This document shows, piece after piece, positions 7,600-9,918 of a stretch of DNA of 9,918 nt. The notes under the pieces were generated by a model, which saw only the letters and a list, made by a program, of their open reading frames with translations, was not told the DNA's origin and ran no database searches. The position numbers and the translations under genes are program-made. Numbering within the stretch: the first letter of the stretch is position 1; each line of letters opens with the position of its first letter. The stretch is from Octopus sinensis (lineage: Eukaryota). Location: the NCBI RefSeq assembly GCF_006345805.1, contig NW_021827648.1, positions 1 to 9,918 of the forward strand. Reading direction: 5' to 3'.

Positions 7600-7980
7600 A
7601 AATCTAAGCGACAAAGATGAAAAGATACGCAAGAAACGAAAAACAAACCAAAAACGAAAGCGAGCGACTATTTCATGCGAAACAAATATGGCGGATAACT
7701 TTGTAAATCCGGGGCATTTAAACTTAACTGATGGAAAAGTCTAGCGCCACTCTTCATGTCATAAGCGTTTCCCCCGATCCTCGCTAGCGCTAAATACCTT
7801 GTGATAGCACTAACCGAGGGATTGCAATGACAGTAAGCTATAACTAGACATTTGTTTACGTCACAAACTACTGCCTTTCGGAGAGATTGTTTTGGCCGCT
7901 CAAGTGCTCAACCACTTTAATTATATACAGATATTATCTATAATGATTTACACTCAACGGATCGTGTGAGAGCGTCTCTC
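7600..7980. promoter_or_regulatory. CpG-retaining unique segment with a YY1-consensus match; possible regulatory element
   Basis: About 21 CpG in 380 nt versus about 10 in the 590 nt unique segment 1781-2370 (hand count). AATATGGCGG at 7685-7694 fits YY1 AANATGGCGG; TTACGTCA (CRE-like) at 7856-7863. Short motifs only. Confidence 0.2.
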
Positions 7981-7987
7981 TGTAGGG

Positions 7988-8033
<46 letters not shown>

Positions 8034-8051
8034 TATATATATATATATATC

Positions 8052-8085
<34 letters not shown>

Positions 8086-8116
8086 CATACAATATATATA
8101 TTTAAATATATATATA
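7988..8116. repeat. (TA)n field with pure (TA)19 at 7994-8031, abutting the SINE A4 tail
   Basis: direct. Confidence 0.95.
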
Positions 8117-8281
8117 TACTCTTTTACTTTTTCACTTGTTTCAGTCATTTGACAGTGGCCACGCTGGAGCACCGCCTTTAGTCGAGCAAATCGACCCCAG
8201 AACTTATTCTTTGTAATCCTAGTACTTATTCTATCGGTCTCTTTTGCCAAATCGCTAAGTTACGTGGACGTAAACACACCA
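8117..8281 (-). mobile_element. Family A SINE, copy A4 (5'-truncated; 3' module only)
   Basis: tactcttttactttttcacttgtttcagtcatttgacagtggcc...gtcgagcaaatcgaccccag...agtacttattctatcggtctcttttgcc...gtaaacacacca; matches A3 6928-7091, then similarity stops. Confidence 0.92.
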
Positions 8282-8284
8282 TTT

Positions 8285-8430
8285 GTACACATACGCATGA
8301 CATACATATGTTTAGTATATGTATATACATATATATATATATAGCATATGCTTGTATATATATATGTATAATGTATGTATATCTATACATGCATACACAG
8401 CACATATATACATACATACATGCATACTTA
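8285..8430. repeat. degenerate (CA)/(TA)/(TACA) microsatellite
   Basis: direct. Confidence 0.8.
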
Positions 8431-9009
8431 TAAACACTCCGCTTCCGCATGCTCACCTCCCTTCTGATATATATAAAATATAAATATATGATACATATTC
8501 ACTCATACATGCTTAATTGTATAATGTATATATTCGCATGAATTAACCATGCAAAATATAGCTAAAATCTAATCCATTGCTGTAAATGTATGCGCTCATA
8601 AATGATTAAATATATATACACATATACATATATGCATACACATATAGAAGCAGTCACACACACACATGCACACACATACATATACACATTATGTAGATAA
8701 ATTATAAATGGTGAACGCATCCCCAAGATTATATAAAACTGTAAGCGTAAACAAGCAACGTTCTTGGGTCTTTCAGAATATCCCGCCTCTTCGTATTTAA
8801 GTTTGTATCAATCTCTACGAGATGAGAACACGATCACACTTTATGTTAACTAGCGTAAAACGTGTACATACATGTGAATTGAACATGTTCAAACGGAAAT
8901 CTATGGAGAATCTCACTTGTACATGTATATACACCCGTACATACGCAGTCACAAATAATATGATGATCATTATATATAGTTATTACATATTTGTTCAGCT
9001 TTATTCCAT

Positions 9010-9016
9010 ATATATA

Positions 9017-9058
<42 letters not shown>

Positions 9059-9447
9059 ACACACTTACACACACTTACACACACGTACATATACATACAC
9101 ATACACGTAACACATTCACTACATACACAGAGATAAACATATATACAAACACTTAAACATATACATGTATGTGTGTTTATGTGTATCTACATTTACATAC
9201 GTACATATACAATATATATACACATATATATATATACATACACACATATATATATACATGTACATACATATACATATATATGTATTATATATATATACAC
9301 ATATATATAGTAGAGTCACGTGCATACAAAAAAGAATACAACCATGTTTGTGTAGATATACAAGTACACACCTAAAACATCCATATATATATATATATAT
9401 ATATGCGTGTGTGTGTGTGTGTATGCCATATATATGTATTATATAAT

Positions 9448-9503
<56 letters not shown>

Positions 9504-9535
9504 ATATAGTATATATATATATATATACAATACAT
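9010..9535. repeat. (CA)n/(TA)n/(TG)n field including pure (TA)24 at 9452-9499
   Basis: direct; source of ORFs 8822..9136, 8846..9064, 9119..9535, 9165..9446 and 9169..9375. Confidence 0.93.
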
Positions 9536-9689
9536 AATTAACTTATATACGCTGAAAAAATGCCTCTGCTAAACCAAAGTTTTCTCGTCATAAAATATTT
9601 AAGCGCTGTAGATATACATCAATATATACATATATGCAGATACATATTTTCTCTGACAGTTTAATAGAAACACACATAAACTTATTGCA

Positions 9690-9770
9690 TACACATTACA
9701 CACACACACACACCGGTAGACATACACAGAGATACGCATATTCACATAATATACAAACACACACAGAGAC
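9690..9770. repeat. degenerate (CA)n
   Basis: acacattacacacacacaca...acacacacagagac. Confidence 0.7.
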
Positions 9771-9918
9771 ATTCTTTCCAAGAATGTAGGTCTTCCCTAC
9801 GAAAAGAAACTAAGCTAAAAGCCAGGCAAATTTATAAACAAAAAAAACGCAGAAGAGTTTTTCGCAAGTATTTAAAGGTGACAACTATATGTCAGCAATG
9901 AATCCCCAAGTCAGTTGA

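Noticed and set aside
2820-9781. Long ORFs of 60-200 aa (YIYI/HTHT/CVCV, poly-H/P/T/S/W/V) as proteins
   Set aside because: TA/CA/TG and ACC/ATC repeats lack stops in several frames. The ORFs overlap on both strands and show no domain, codon structure or splice context.

Overview
Repeat-dominated, non-coding eukaryotic DNA, very likely an octopus (coleoid cephalopod) intron or intergenic region. That assignment rests on recalled similarity of the interspersed repeats to octopus tRNA-derived SINEs and on the very dense TA/CA/ACC microsatellites (roughly a third of the window by eye). I see no host protein-coding exon, tRNA/rRNA gene or CRISPR array; almost all listed ORFs are translations of microsatellites or SINEs. 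Supported content: (i) a decayed 3' fragment of an RTE-like LINE ORF (~901-1356, +, one frame, two internal stops); (ii) a ~350 bp element with imperfect terminal inverted repeats flanked by TTAA (1454-1805), probably a non-autonomous DNA transposon; (iii) four copies of a ~430 nt SINE with an internal (TA)n(TG)n tract ('family A'); (iv) a cluster of three copies of a ~235 nt SINE ('family B'), two in tandem and one head-to-head; (v) many compound microsatellites. I cannot support a clearly new biological system. The best leads are a 10-nt patch in one SINE copy that sits in an exact 16-mer match 2.36 kb away, the TTAA-flanked inverted-repeat element, and the family B SINE cluster.
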